DNA from: an uncultured Planctomycetaceae bacterium
GTDB lineage: Bacteria; Planctomycetota; Planctomycetia; Isosphaerales; Isosphaeraceae
NCBI GenBank assembly: GCA_963833985.1
Contig: CAWIAD010000002.1
Coordinates: 6,368,001 to 6,432,000, forward strand
DNA length: 64,000 nucleotides
Direction of reading: 5' to 3'
Made by a program: the position numbers and the translations under genes. Below are positions 39,215 through 50,915 of this stretch, in pieces. The notes beneath the pieces were generated by a model. That model ran no database searches. It saw only the letters and a list, made by a program, of their open reading frames with translations, and was not told the DNA's origin. The first letter of the stretch is position 1, and each line of letters starts with the position of its first letter.

Positions 39215-40214
39215 CCGCGGCAACCCTTTCCGTTCGCTTCTCCGGGCCGGCGAAGATGCGCGCGAGCGCCCAGGAGAGCGCAAAGACAATCAGGGTGCCA
39301 ATCAGGCCGGCGGCCGCTGTCGCCATCTTCACATGCTCCATCCTGGGCAGCGGGAGCTGGTAATCCGGCATGGGCACGGGCAAGGGCAAAGGCGAGGGGG
39401 CGGGCTCGGCGGCAAGCAGTCCCAGCTTCGCGCCCACGAACTCGAGGCCGTCGGGGAAGTCGGACGCCAGCGGAGAGAGGAACACGGCCACGGCCAGCGC
39501 GACCCCCAGTCCGCCGAGGATCGTGGCCGCCCAGCGCCGGGGTGGACGGCCTGCCGGCACGCCGGCTTCCAGACCCGCGGGGCTCTCACCGGTGATCAGC
39601 TCGGGCCGCGTCAGGAGGATGAACCGGACGACCAGGCCCGTGATGAATGCCTCGCCCAGGCCGATGGCCGCATGCACGAGCGTCATCCAGGTGAGGATCC
39701 GGAAGAAGTTTTGCCGGTCTCCCGTGGCCGCCAGTTCGACGGCGCAGGCACCCGATGCCACCAGCACCGTGAACCAGGCGGCGATCATGGCACCGATGAG
39801 GATCCCCCGCTGGCCGCCAATGGCCCTGCGGATGGGCGCGTAGATGGAATAGCCCAGGACCGAGCCGATCAGCCCCATGTTCACGAAGTTGGCACCCAGC
39901 GCCGTGAGCCCGCCATCACCAAACAGGAAGCACTGCACGATGAGCACGGCGGCAATGACCACGGCCCCGGCCCACGGTCCCAGCACCGCCGCGGCCAGCA
40001 CGCCGCCCAGCAGATGCCCCGCCACTCCCGGTCCCACGGGGAAGGTCACCATCTGGGCCGCGAAGATGAAGGCGGACATCATGCCCATGAGGGACGTGGT
40101 CCGCTCGCCGAGCTGGCGCTCCACGGACCGCAGGCCGTACGCCAGGCCGGCGGCACCCACGACCCCCGTGGCCGCGGCCACCCGGGGATCGAGAATCGCG
40201 TCCGGAATGTGCAT
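39204..40214 (-). CDS. nikMN: ECF nickel/cobalt transporter S component, fused NikMN (CbiM + PDGLE domain)
   Basis: N-terminal MHIPD, AFIFAAQM, GHLLGG, DGGLTALGAN, ASDFPDGLEFV. Confidence 0.9.
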   Translation of the reverse strand: MHIPDAILDPRVAAATGVVGAAGLAYGLRSVERQLGERTTSLMGMMSAFIFAAQMVTFPVGPGVAGHLLGGVLAAAVLGPWAGAVVIAAVLIVQCFLFGDGGLTALGANFVNMGLIGSVLGYSIYAPIRRAIGGQRGILIGAMIAAWFTVLVASGACAVELAATGDRQNFFRILTWMTLVHAAIGLGEAFITGLVVRFILLTRPELITGESPAGLEAGVPAGRPPRRWAATILGGLGVALAVAVFLSPLASDFPDGLEFVGAKLGLLAAEPAPSPLPLPVPMPDYQLPLPRMEHVKMATAAAGLIGTLIVFALSWALARIFAGPEKRTERVAADAA

Positions 40215-40274
40215 GAGTCGAACCTCGAACCGTCGGTCGTTGCGCGCTCAGCCGGGGATGCCACAACCCCTGCC

Positions 40275-40314
40275 ATGATACGTGCCGTATGCCGTTTCGT
40301 CAAAAACTTCATAC
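40275..40314 (-). promoter_or_regulatory. sigma-70 promoter overlapped by a NikR-type operator
   Basis: Minus strand TTGACG-N17-TATCAT. Plus strand GTATGC-N16-TCATAC (40287-40314) versus the NikR consensus GTATGA-N16-TCATAC. Confidence 0.78.
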
Positions 40315-40358
40315 CGAGAAGAACGGCGAGCTGCGCTGGCTGACCGCCGCTGGTGCGC

Positions 40359-41600
40359 TCACCGGAGCTGCCTTTCGCATGCGGGCATATTGTTCAGCGC
40401 GAAGGAGAACTTCTCGTCAATTTGCGCGCGGGCGTCGTCGTAGAGCAGGCGCTCGAATTCCTCGATCCGCTCCGGCGACAGGGCGACCCGCGCGGAGTAG
40501 TAGCCAGGGAGGTTGGGCAGGGGCACACGGGTGCGCGCGGTCGGGGTACTTTGCCAGATCTCGGTGCTCCTGAGGAAGAGCTTCAGCCGCGCATCGATGC
40601 GCGTCAGGCGATTCTTCGAGGCCATGTAGTTCCCCTCGTTCTGCTCGCGGAGCTCCAGGCGCAGGCGATAGGGCGCGGCCGACCAGAGGTCCTTCCATGG
40701 CGACTTCTCGGGCTGCGGCAGATAGCCTCTGGCGCGCAGCATTTTGAGGAGCGCAGGCACCATGGTCTTGTTGTACCTGGCAATCGACCCCGCGAGGAAC
40801 TGGCCGCGTGGCGGCTCGACCACGATGCCCTGGCTCTCCACTCCGGCGCGGACGATCCGATCGGCTTCGGCCTGGAGCCGTGAGCGCTCCGACTCATCCA
40901 GGTGCACTGCCAGCGGGGCCGCGCGTTCGCAGTGCTCGAGCGCTTTCGAGGCGTCACCGGCGTGGGCGCACGAACTGGCCTCCGCCAGCGCGGTCTCGAT
41001 GTGGACGCACAGCGACCGGCGGAACTGGTCGGCCACCGGCTGCCGGAGGGGCGTCAAGTCGGGGTCGGCGGCCACGCGGGCCTCGAGGCCGAGCCAGTCA
41101 CCCATGGGGAATGGTGCGCCGGCAGCCGCATGGAGCCGGTCGAGCAGGCTCTGGGCATCCTTCCGGACCAGCGTCTGGCGCCTCGAGCGAAACGCGTCGA
41201 GCTGCTCCGGGTTCGAGCCGCCCGCGGAGGTGCCGAGCTGGATCGCGGTATCCAGGTCAAGCACCGCCTGGCCGAACCGGCCGGCATGCTCGTGCTCGTC
41301 GGCGGACGCCACGAGCCGCTCGATCGAACGCATCAGCCCGAGCCGCGCCTGGTGGCCCACGAACCGGACCGCCGCGGCCGCCAGGATGAGGACTCCGAGC
41401 AATGCCAGGGCGGCCCACGACCAGACGACCCACCAGGGCCGCTGGTAGCGCCTACGTTTCCAGCCTGGCGTGGCCACCCTGGGAAGGTAAGGCACTTCCA
41501 GGAGCCGGTGGCAGAAGCCACAGCGCACCTGCCGGCCCGGTGCCAGCCTCTTGATCTGGACCGTGGTCCCGCAGTCGGGACAGGCAAAGGCCTGGTCCAT
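40359..41600 (-). CDS. hypothetical membrane protein with N-terminal zinc ribbon
   Basis: CPDC...CGFC, single TM, helical/TPR-like extracytoplasmic part. Confidence 0.8.
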   Translation of the reverse strand: MDQAFACPDCGTTVQIKRLAPGRQVRCGFCHRLLEVPYLPRVATPGWKRRRYQRPWWVVWSWAALALLGVLILAAAAVRFVGHQARLGLMRSIERLVASADEHEHAGRFGQAVLDLDTAIQLGTSAGGSNPEQLDAFRSRRQTLVRKDAQSLLDRLHAAAGAPFPMGDWLGLEARVAADPDLTPLRQPVADQFRRSLCVHIETALAEASSCAHAGDASKALEHCERAAPLAVHLDESERSRLQAEADRIVRAGVESQGIVVEPPRGQFLAGSIARYNKTMVPALLKMLRARGYLPQPEKSPWKDLWSAAPYRLRLELREQNEGNYMASKNRLTRIDARLKLFLRSTEIWQSTPTARTRVPLPNLPGYYSARVALSPERIEEFERLLYDDARAQIDEKFSFALNNMPACERQLR

Positions 41601-41816
41601 GCGAATTTCCTCGACGACCCTCAAGCGTTTGCCTGGCCTGGATGCGATGGTGGCGGAGTCCCTCGCGGCGCAGTGCCGCGCCGGAACGAATGGAGGCCCG
41701 GGCGACCACGGATGCCGCTGTCGTCATCCATCATACGGGATGAGCCGGCGCAGGGGCAGTCTCGGAGGGAAATCGCAAGGGCCGGAGTCCCCGGTCCAGG
41801 CGCATGGGCCCGGAGC

Positions 41817-42602
41817 TCAGAGGGTGGTCTGGCCCGTGCAATGGTTCATCAGCCAGGTATCCACGTCCCCCAGCATCTGGCTGTTCAGCCGGTGGGTGGA
41901 GGGATACGACTGGAAAGCCACTCTGAGGCCGCCGGCTCGCAGTGCGGCAACGTCCCGCCGGGCGTTCGAGAGCGGATGCCTGGAATTCCAGGCACCATGG
42001 ACGACCAGGAGGGGCAGATCGCGGCAGGCCTTCATGCGGCCGAGGGGGCGGAATCCCGTCGGCAGCCAACCGTTGACGGCCACGACGCCGGCGAAACGAT
42101 CGGGATAGCTCAATCCGAAGCGGTAAGCCACCGCGGCACCTTCGCCGCAGCCCACGAGGAAGATTCGCTCCGAGTGGATATGGAGCAAGCTGCGGGTTTT
42201 GCGGATTGCCGTGAAGATACCGTCTTCCAGGCGATCGAGGTCGTCAGGCTCGGGGTCGAACAAGCAACGACGAACGGTCTCGGCCTCGGAAGGGCGCGGC
42301 CGCGATCTCAGACCGGTGCGATCCGGCAGCTCGAAGTCGCGTCCCCAGGTGAAGCCGGCCAGCTGGTCTCGCCGGGTGACCGGGGCGGGCCCCCGCAGGC
42401 CCAGGCCGACGTAATTGCGCCAGCTCAGGGCAGGCATCGCCCGTACGAGCTGATCCTCGTCTCCCCCCCGTGCGTGCAGCAGCACGAGCAAGGGGTACGC
42501 GTAGTTTGGCTCGTACTGCCGCGGGATGAACCGGGCTTCCACCAGCACGCTGGTTGGGGCCGACGTCGAGGACAGAGGAGCATTCACCCGATCATTGGTC
42601 AT
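41817..42602 (-). CDS. alpha/beta hydrolase (phospholipase/carboxylesterase-like), catalytically degenerate
   Basis: YPLLVLLH.RGG.E, ERIFLVGCGEGAAVA, PDRFAGVVAVNG, LVVHG. Confidence 0.82.
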   Translation of the reverse strand: MTNDRVNAPLSSTSAPTSVLVEARFIPRQYEPNYAYPLLVLLHARGGDEDQLVRAMPALSWRNYVGLGLRGPAPVTRRDQLAGFTWGRDFELPDRTGLRSRPRPSEAETVRRCLFDPEPDDLDRLEDGIFTAIRKTRSLLHIHSERIFLVGCGEGAAVAYRFGLSYPDRFAGVVAVNGWLPTGFRPLGRMKACRDLPLLVVHGAWNSRHPLSNARRDVAALRAGGLRVAFQSYPSTHRLNSQMLGDVDTWLMNHCTGQTTL

Positions 42603-42921
42603 TCCTGAAGACCTCCCTTGTCGACGCTTCGGGGGGCGGTCGCGTCTCAACGGTGCTGGGGACAAGCAGGGTTCGTGAAATTGCTCATCTTGCCATGACG
42701 GGTGTGACCGGACTCGCAAAGCATAGCCACGATCTTGCCACCCTTCAATAAACCGCCCAGTTATTTCCAATTTTGTCTCAAGTTTCCTCGAATGCGATCC
42801 GAATAGTCTCCGAATTCCCGAAAGCTGCTTGGGTTATGTGGGTTGGTTGCGATCCGGAAGATAGGAGAGGCGGGCTAACGGCGGACTCCAGGGGCTGGAG
42901 GCTTTTCTCCGGCACGGGCCG

Positions 42922-44472
42922 TCAGATGTACTTCTTGATGAGGCTGTTCACCCGCGTGGGGAAGACACTCAGATTGTGGACCAGGCCGCTTGGTTTGGGC
43001 GGTGGTCTGCGGAAGAGCAGCTTGCTGCCCGTTGAGCTGGACTTCATGATAGGCTTTCGCGCTCCCTTGGCCACGACGGGGGCCTGCACGGGGAGAAGCT
43101 GTCCTGGAGCCGGCAAGTTGGGCACGAAGCTGGCGCCGTCGGTGCCGAGCAGCTTCAAGGTGACCGGTCCGGAGACGGCGACGTTGTTGTTCTTGAAGGT
43201 CTCGCTGAGCAGGTTCAGAGGGTCCGCGATCGCGGCGATCCGGGCGGTACCCAGGCTGCTCAGCGTGAGGTTGGCGGGCAGGCGAAGCGGCAAGGTTTCC
43301 GTCTGGCTTACCACTGTGGCCGACCCCGGATCCAGACCCGGAAGCGTCACATCACCAAGATAAATTGCATGGGTGATGTCGCCGCTTGCACCGGTAAGCA
43401 CAAAGCGGACGTCGAACGGGCCGGGATTGATGTCTCCCAGGTTCTGGACGACGGCCTGGGCGGTGAAGCTGTGGCCCCAGTTGAGGATGGATGCAGAGGT
43501 CGTCACGGCGCCGGTGGCCAGGTCGGAGAGAGGTCCCAGCGAAGGAGGGGTGGTGCCTGCCGGGACCGTGATGTTCACGGCCTGCTGGTCGACTCCATTC
43601 TGGCCGCTTGGGTAATGGGGATAGACGGGGTTGGTCGTGTAGTTCACGTCCGGTTCAACCCAGAGGGTGAACTGGCTGTCGTTCGCAATCAGTGACGGCG
43701 GGGTCACCGGCAGGTTCACGGTCTTCTCGACGTTGACGCTCGACCAGGCGGGGATTGGCGGCACATTGATGCTGCCGATGACCACGTCCGACCCGGTGTT
43801 CGGCGTCACGCCCGCGGGGGTGAGCACGATGGCCTCGGTCGTGGCGGGGGCAGCGCCGTAGGCCTGGTTGTTGACCTGGGCGGTCACGGTCAAAGAGCCG
43901 CCCCACTGGGCCGAGGCCGAATAAACGCCGATCGCGGTATTGACCAGGTTGGCAGGCTGCGCAGGAGCGATCTGCACGGCCGATTCATCGTAACCCGGGC
44001 CAAGGCCGGACTGGTTGAGATGGTTGCTCTCCGGAACCACGTGCTGAGGATCAATCTTCATGTTGATGTGGACCTGGCCGTTGAAGTTCATACCGGGCAA
44101 CGGCGAGGAGGGAAGCTTGACGGTGGTGGTGAATGAGGTCGACTGGCCGGGTGCCAGGCCGCCGGGGATGGTGACCTGGCCAAGCAATACGGAGTAGGGA
44201 CCGATGGTGTAGCTATGCGAGGCGTAAATTGCCACGTTGAACGATGTCTTCACCGCTGCGTTGCCCTGGTTGGTGACGGTGCCGGTGGCCGTGATCGGCT
44301 GGTTCCAGTCGGCATTCGGGGTGGTCACGAAGGACGAGCCAACCAGGTTGGGCAAGGGCACGCTACTGGCGGCCAGGAGCTCACGCCGCTCCAGCGACTC
44401 GAACTTCAGAATGATGGGGCCCCGCCCCCAGGCGCGACGGCGTCCGGCAGCCCTACGGTCCTGGGATGACAT
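42922..44472 (-). CDS. exported CARDB/Ig-like repeat protein with LEPR-XLL-type leader
   Basis: FESLERRELLA; three repeats of P.NL/DL...TV.NQG...IDP...E...NN. Confidence 0.82.
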   Translation of the reverse strand: MSSQDRRAAGRRRAWGRGPIILKFESLERRELLAASSVPLPNLVGSSFVTTPNADWNQPITATGTVTNQGNAAVKTSFNVAIYASHSYTIGPYSVLLGQVTIPGGLAPGQSTSFTTTVKLPSSPLPGMNFNGQVHINMKIDPQHVVPESNHLNQSGLGPGYDESAVQIAPAQPANLVNTAIGVYSASAQWGGSLTVTAQVNNQAYGAAPATTEAIVLTPAGVTPNTGSDVVIGSINVPPIPAWSSVNVEKTVNLPVTPPSLIANDSQFTLWVEPDVNYTTNPVYPHYPSGQNGVDQQAVNITVPAGTTPPSLGPLSDLATGAVTTSASILNWGHSFTAQAVVQNLGDINPGPFDVRFVLTGASGDITHAIYLGDVTLPGLDPGSATVVSQTETLPLRLPANLTLSSLGTARIAAIADPLNLLSETFKNNNVAVSGPVTLKLLGTDGASFVPNLPAPGQLLPVQAPVVAKGARKPIMKSSSTGSKLLFRRPPPKPSGLVHNLSVFPTRVNSLIKKYI

Positions 44473-44736
44473 GGGTTTCTCCTCCTTGAGAACGGAAATC
44501 GCACGGGCGGAGCCAGCAGATAGGTCTTTCGAGCGCGGCGCAGTGCTTGCGGCCGGCTCGCTCGTCCCGTGCGTCGAGCGTGTGTCGGGATCAACCCCTT
44601 CCTTGGGCGATGGGGAAATCTACAGGCTTGCTCCAAAACGGTCAAGCCGGCTCGAGAGCGAATCTCCCCCTGGCCGGCAGGTTGCGGCCGCGCGGCGCTC
44701 ACCCAGGATTGCCTGATCCCCTGTGCCACGGCCGGG

Positions 44737-46808
44737 TCAACCCGGTGGCGGCAAGACATCCAGCAGCGAGTACTCTGCCGATTCGCCGGGCCCGCTGTTT
44801 TCCTGATCGCCCCGCGCGGCACGCTCGATGGCCATGTAGACCGATTGGCCCAGTCCGCGCTGGCACACCTCGTAGACATCGTAGCGGCAGGCGAACAGGC
44901 TCTGGACGATGTCGCTGTCCCACTGGCTGCCGGCCCCAGCCGCGAAGATGTCCTCGATCCGCGGCTGCGAGAGACCGGGGCGATACCGCCGGTGCGACAT
45001 CATCGCATCGCAGGCGTCCGCCACGGTGAGGATCCTTGCCATCAGCGGGATGGCGCCGCCGGCCAGCCCGTCCGGGTAACCTGTGCCGTCGATGCGCTCG
45101 TGGTGGCTGCGGACTCCCGGGCGGAGGTACGCCAGGCGCGGAACACTGGCAATGATGCGCTCGCCGATCACCACATGTTCCTGGATATGGCGGAACTCCT
45201 CGGGGGTCAGGCTTGCCGGTTTCAGGAGCACCTGGTCCCGGATGCCGATCTTGCCCACGTCGTGCAGGAGCCCGGCGAGGTAGAGGTCGCTGATCTCGCC
45301 GCCGGAGAGGCACATCTCTTTCCCGAGGCGTACCGCGATGCGGGCCACGCGCTCGCTGTGGCCGCAGGTGTAAGGGTCTTTGGCGTCGATCGCCGTGGAC
45401 AGGCAGCGGATCGTGCCGAAGAGCGTTTCCTTGAGGTTGTCGTGGACCTTCGCGTGGCGCTTCTTCTCGATGTGCAGGCACCAGAGCATCTGGGCGAGGC
45501 GCAGGTCGGAGACGACGAACGGGCTGCTCTCGCCGAGGCGGAGGGCCACCACCCGGCTCGACTTCGGGTCCTCGGTTTGAAGTGCCAGCGCCGAGGCCAG
45601 AACAACTTCGCCCGCTGAAGATTGGGGCGTACCGGCATGGCTCTTCCAGATCCCGCCTCCGGGAAGCTCCGCCGCCAGTTGCTGGACGACCTGGCGGAGC
45701 CACAAGTGAGGCTGCGGGTTGTCGCCCACGGTCTCGACCACCTCGCCGTCCGGATCGGCGCAGGCGAAGACGATGTCGGCCTGCACAGCCTCCTGGATGG
45801 CCACCAGCGCAGCCCGATAACTGGCCGGGACCTTGCGGCTGTCGCGGATCATGCCGAAGGAGCGATTCAGCGGTTGCTGGCACGCGGCCTCGACCGGCTG
45901 CCAGCCTCGGGAGCGTGGGCCGCCCTCGGAGGCGACAGCCGACCCACCGCCGCCTGCCTGCCTGCTGGGGACCGCGCCGAAGCAAGCTGCCGAGGCCGAT
46001 TCTTCAGTGCCACCGGGCCCGGTCGCGTGTTCTCCAGAGGAGCCTGCCGGGAACGCCCTCGAGACGGATTCGGCCTCGTGGTGATGAGTCACGCGATTGC
46101 GGCCCTGGCTCTTTGACATGTACAGGGCCCGGTCGGCCTGCCTGAGCAGGGCGTCTGGGTCCTCGGTCCCAGGATCGAGGGTCGCCACGCCAAAACTTGC
46201 CGTCACCCCAGCATGCTGCCAGGGGTATGATGCGATGGCTTTCCTCAAGGTCTCGGCATGCGCCAGTGCCTGGGCGCGTCGGCGGTCGGCAGCAGCACCG
46301 CGAATTCTTCGCCGCCGATCCGCGCTGCAACATCATAGGTTGTGCAATTCTTGACAAGCTGTTCGGACACGCCGCAAAGAACCGCATCGCCGGCCGGGTG
46401 TCCGTAGCTGTCGTTGTACCCCTTGAATCGGTCCACGTCGAGCATGATGACCGAGAGGGTCGAGCCCTGGCGGATGGCCAGTGAGAAGTTCGCCCGCAGC
46501 GCCTCGTCAAACCGCCGCCGGTTGTCCAGCCCTGTGAGCATGTCGGTCGAGGCAAGTTCGTTGAGTCGAGCGATCGTGTCAGTCAGGTCCACCTGGAGCC
46601 GGGTCAGCTCGCTGATGCGCTCGTGCGCCCGGGCGAGTTCCTGGACCAGGTGCTCACGCTCGGGATCCGCGTGCACAACCGCGGAGCGTTCCGAGTCCTT
46701 GCCCGAGCCCCGGCTCCAGTTGATTGTCGGTGAGCTGCAAGCGGCAGCCTCCGCGGGTTGCTCCGGAACCATCCGGTGCCTGATCCAGCTGAGCGGCATC
46801 CTCGTCAT
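44737..46808 (-). CDS. GGDEF + HD-GYP domain protein; frameshift near 46275
   Basis: TDMLTGLDNRR, DVDRFK.YND.YGHPAGD, GGEEF; next frame TASFGVA, ADRALY.SK.QGRNR, HSERVA, LLHDVGK, HHER.DGTGYP. Confidence 0.88.
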
Positions 46809-46945
46809 CCTCCCCTGCCGAGCGGACCGTTTAGTCCAAAGAAACATAGCTCTCGCCGAGGCGGTTGAGCGATCCGCAGCCTGTGTCTTTGATGCAATAC
46901 CGTTGAAAAAGCGTGCAGGAAAAGGCGCAAGAGGCTTGCGGCAAA

Positions 46946-47075
46946 CTTGTTCCCACGCTCTGCGTGGGGACACCGGTCGGGACGCTCGGCGTTGCCTGGA
47001 TTTCCCAGCCTCAGCACGGGACCAATCGACGCGGAGCGTCGCAGACGGCATTCCCACGCGGAGCGTGGGAACGAG
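46946..47075. repeat. REPIN/MITE-like inverted repeat element
   Basis: CTTGTTCCCACGCTCTGCGTGGGGA ... GACGCGGAGCGTC ... ATTCCCACGCGGAGCGTGGGAACGAG. Confidence 0.8.
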
Positions 47076-47524
47076 GGACAAACCTATGCCTGCACTCAGC
47101 TTATCGCTATTTCAATATTTCAACGGTATTGGCCTTTGAAGCTTTCGATGCGGGCCAGTGCGGGATCGAGGAGAGAACGATGTCGAGTTTCCGGCCCCTT
47201 TGAGAATCGTTGTCGGTCCGGTCCGATGCGGCGAATGCGGAACAGAAAGGTGCATGGGGACAACAACCATCGTTGGATGATCTCGCAGGTGCTCATTCCA
47301 CCGCATCTCTCCCGACTGGAACTTAGAGTGCTCATGGGGACATTCGCGCAACCTCTCGGGGATGTGGAAGCGATGGTCCCGGCCGCAGTATACGATCCAC
47401 CGGATTCCGAACTCCATGTCGAGAACTCCGACGAGCGACCGCGCCACTGACCTGGGGTGGCATCGCGGCACCGCCCGAGCGTGGAGCGTTCCAGATCGAT
47501 TGCCAGGGGAAAGCGTCGATTCAC

Positions 47525-50500
47525 ATGGCGAGTCGCGACTGGATCAGGCCCGGTTCCTCGCTGAGTCTCCTGAGAGCGACCGGATCATCGGACGACTCGT
47601 TGACTGGTGATCTGATCCACGACTTCGAAGTCGGCGGCTCGAGCTGGTCGCGTGCCGCCCAGGTGGCGCGCGCCGAAGCCGGTCGTGGTCGGGAGCCGGC
47701 CGACCAGGCGCAGCGCACGAGTCACAGCCTATCGTCTGTGTCGCGATCCATTCCGGGCTTCGCGAACGGCCGGCGACCCAAGCCGGAAGTTCCCGGCTAT
47801 GAGATCCTCGGCGAGCTCGGACGCGGTGGGATGGGCGTGGTCTACCAGGCGCGTGAGGTCCGGCTCAACCGCCTGGTGGCGCTGAAGATGATCTTGACCG
47901 GCGAGCACGCCAATCACGAGGCCCTCGAGCGCCTGTTGAGCGAGGCCAAGACGATGGCCCAGCTCCACCATCCCAACATCGTGCAGATTTACGCGACCGG
48001 AGACTGTTGCGGGCAACCGTTCGTGGAGCTGGAATTCGTCGAGGGTGGCAGCCTGGCATCGCGGCTGGACGGAACGCCCTGGCCTCCTCGGGCGGCCGCG
48101 CGGCTGGTGGAGCGGGTGGCGCGGGGAGTGTCCGAGGCGCACCGGCTGGGTATCGTCCATCGCGATCTCAAGCCGGCCAACATCCTGGTGACGCCCGCGG
48201 GCGAGCCCAAGATCTCCGACTTCGGGCTGGCCAAGACGTTGACGAACGAATCCGGATTGACGCGCACCCAGGCTATCATGGGCTCGCCCAGCTACATGGC
48301 TCCGGAGCAGGCCGAGGGGCACACCCGGGAAGTCGGACACGGGTGCGATATCTACGCCCTGGGCGCGACCCTGTACGAGCTGGTGATTGGCCGGCCTCCG
48401 TTCGTCGGTCTGACTCCCCTGGCCACGCTGGATCTGGTGCGTCATAGCGAGCCGGTACCGCCCCGGCGGCTGCGCCATACGTTACCACTGGACATCGATA
48501 CCATCTGCCTGAAGTGTCTGGAGAAGGACCCGCGGCGGCGCTACGGCTCCGCCGAGGCGCTGGCCGATGACCTGGCGGCGTTCCTCAACCACGAGCCGAT
48601 CCGGGTGCGCCGCCCGCCCCCGTGGGAGCGGTCGCTCAAGTGGGTGCGCCGCCGGCCTTCGCTCGCCGCCCTGGTTCTTGTCTCGATCCTCGCAGGCTTC
48701 ATCTGCACCGCGGCCATCTGGGGCCATGCCGCCGAGGTTGCGCGTCAGCACAGGCAGGCCCGCCTCCACGACCGGGCGCTCTGCGCCGAGATCGAGCAGT
48801 TCATCGGGCACGGGTGCGCGGCCGTCGCCGGCAGCGACTGGGAGGCGGCCAGGACGCATTTCAGCAGCGCGCTGGCCCTGATCCGCTCGGAGCCCGGGCT
48901 CGGTACGATTCGCGCCACGGTCGAAAGTCTGCTGGCGGCCAGTGAACGGAACATCGCCGAACGCAAGGGCCGCGAGCTCTCGCGTGGCCGGCTCGCCAGG
49001 TTCCAGCAGCTCCTGGATGAGGCGATCTTCTGCGCGTCCGACTTCACGGGCATGGCGCCCGAGACGAAGCTGCGGGCAGGCCGGGCCGCGGCCCGTGCCG
49101 CGCTGGAGCAGTTCGGGCTCAGGCCTGGCGGCCCGGATCGGCTTGCGCTGCAACTGGACCCGAAGCACTTCAGCGTCCAGGAACACGGCGCATCGCTGAT
49201 AGCTGCTATGTTCTGACCCTGTTGCTGGCGGACGCCGAGTCGCAACCGCTCGGTGATGAAAACGCCAGCGTGCAGCTTCGCAAGGCCCTGAGTCTGATCG
49301 CGGGGATGGAGACGATCCGCCCGTTGACTCCGGCCTATCATCACCTGCGCGCCGGTTACCTGGAACGGCTGGGTGAGCACGCGGCCGCCCGGGAACAGGA
49401 CGCGCTCGCCGCGCGGACGTCGGCATCCGCGTCATCGATCGACGAGTTCCTGGCGGGCGAGCAAGCCTATCGCCAGGGCGACCTGCCGGCCGCCATCGCC
49501 GCGCTGCAACGCGCCCTCTCGCTGGAGCCTGACCATTTCTGGGCGCTCTACTTGCTGGCCGTATGCCACCTCAAGCGCACCACCCCGGTGAAGCACAGGC
49601 CGCACTGGTGGCCTGCCAGAGCCGCCGGCCAAAGTTCGTCTGGACTTACCTGCTGCGCGGCTTTGCCGAGGGCGAAATGCACCAGTTCGAGCTTGCTGAA
49701 ACCGATTTCGATCACGCTCTGGAGCTGGGCCTGAACGACGATGAGCGGTACGTGCTGCTGGTCAACCGCGGTGTGTTACGCGTCCGTCGTGGCCTGGACG
49801 TTCAGGCCATCGAAGACCTGTCCGCGGCGATCGCGCTGAGGCCCGATCACTTCGAGGCCTACCTCAACCGTTCCCAGGCGTACATGGACCTGAAGCGGCC
49901 GGAAGACGCGCTGGCGTCGCTGGCCCAGGCAATGGAACGTGCCCCGAACCAGCCGGTGCTCTCTCGGCGCGGCGCAGATTGAGCGGACACTGGCACGCAC
50001 TGACGCGGCGCTGCTGGATCTGGCCCGAGCCATCGAGTGCTCCGGCGGCGCGACCCCGCCGTGGCCGCTGACCATGTGGAACGTGCACTCATCTACCAGC
50101 AGGCCGGGAAGTTCCAGCAGGCGCTGGAGGCTTGCGACCTGGCCATCCGCCTGGCGCCGGATCGGTCCGACGCCCACCGGCTGAGGGGAATTGCACTGCT
50201 CGGTCTGAAACGCTATGACGAGGCCGTGCGGGCGCTCGATACGAGCCTCGGCAAGGGTGCGGCGCCGCAGGCGATCCACGAGATTCGCGGGCTGGCGCAT
50301 TCCTGGTCCGGCGCCTATGATCGGGCCATCAGCGATTACACCCTGGGGCTCTCGAAGGGGCGGCCCAGCTCGTCGCTGTACGGGAACCGGGGCTGGGCGT
50401 ACCTCATGGCCGGTGCGCCGGGGCCTGCCATCCGGGACTTCAACGAAGCCCTGCGCCTGGATGCAGAGAATGCCCATGCCCTGGGCGGCCGGGCCCTGGC

Positions 50501-50915
50501 CGGCGTGCAGCAGCGCAGGGCTCATGAGGCCGTGGCCGACACCCGCAGTGCCGTTCGCTTGAGCCCGCGCGACGAGCGGCAGCTCTACAACGCGGCGCGG
50601 GTGCTGTGCCAGGCGGCCGTCTGCCTGGAGACCGATCCCGTTCACGTTCGAGGCGCTTGGGCCGCCGCCGACCGTTGCCGGGCTGAGTGTCTGGACTATC
50701 TGGCGCGTGCCACCGAGCTTCATCCGGAAGCCGGTCGCGCGCGGTTCTGGGACGAGGTCGTCCGTGCGGACGCGGCGCTCGCGCCGGTGCGAAAGTCGCA
50801 CAAGTTCCTGGAGATGGAAGCGCGCACGGCCCGCCTGCCGCGGTCCTCGCTTTCCGAGAAAGAGAATCGCCATGATGCTTCGGTCGCCGCGCACGGGTTC
50901 AGCGCGGGCCATTGA
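47525..50915 (+). CDS. Ser/Thr kinase with TM and TPR repeats; about four frameshifts (near 49188, 49577, 49965, 50038); start uncertain
   Basis: LGRGGMGVVY, VALK, HRDLKPAN, DFG, YMAPEQA. TPR text continues across successive frames. Confidence 0.85.

Noticed and set aside
40214..40359. Cobalamin riboswitch upstream of the CbiM-like gene
   Set aside because: The leader after the predicted promoter is only about 55 nt, with no B12-box. A NikR-type operator explains the region better.
42726..42740. Sigma-54 promoter for the pseudo-hydrolase (TGGCAAGATCGTGGC)
   Set aside because: GG-N10-GC spacing fits, but the -12 TTGC and the CAC positions deviate; too weak in GC-rich DNA.
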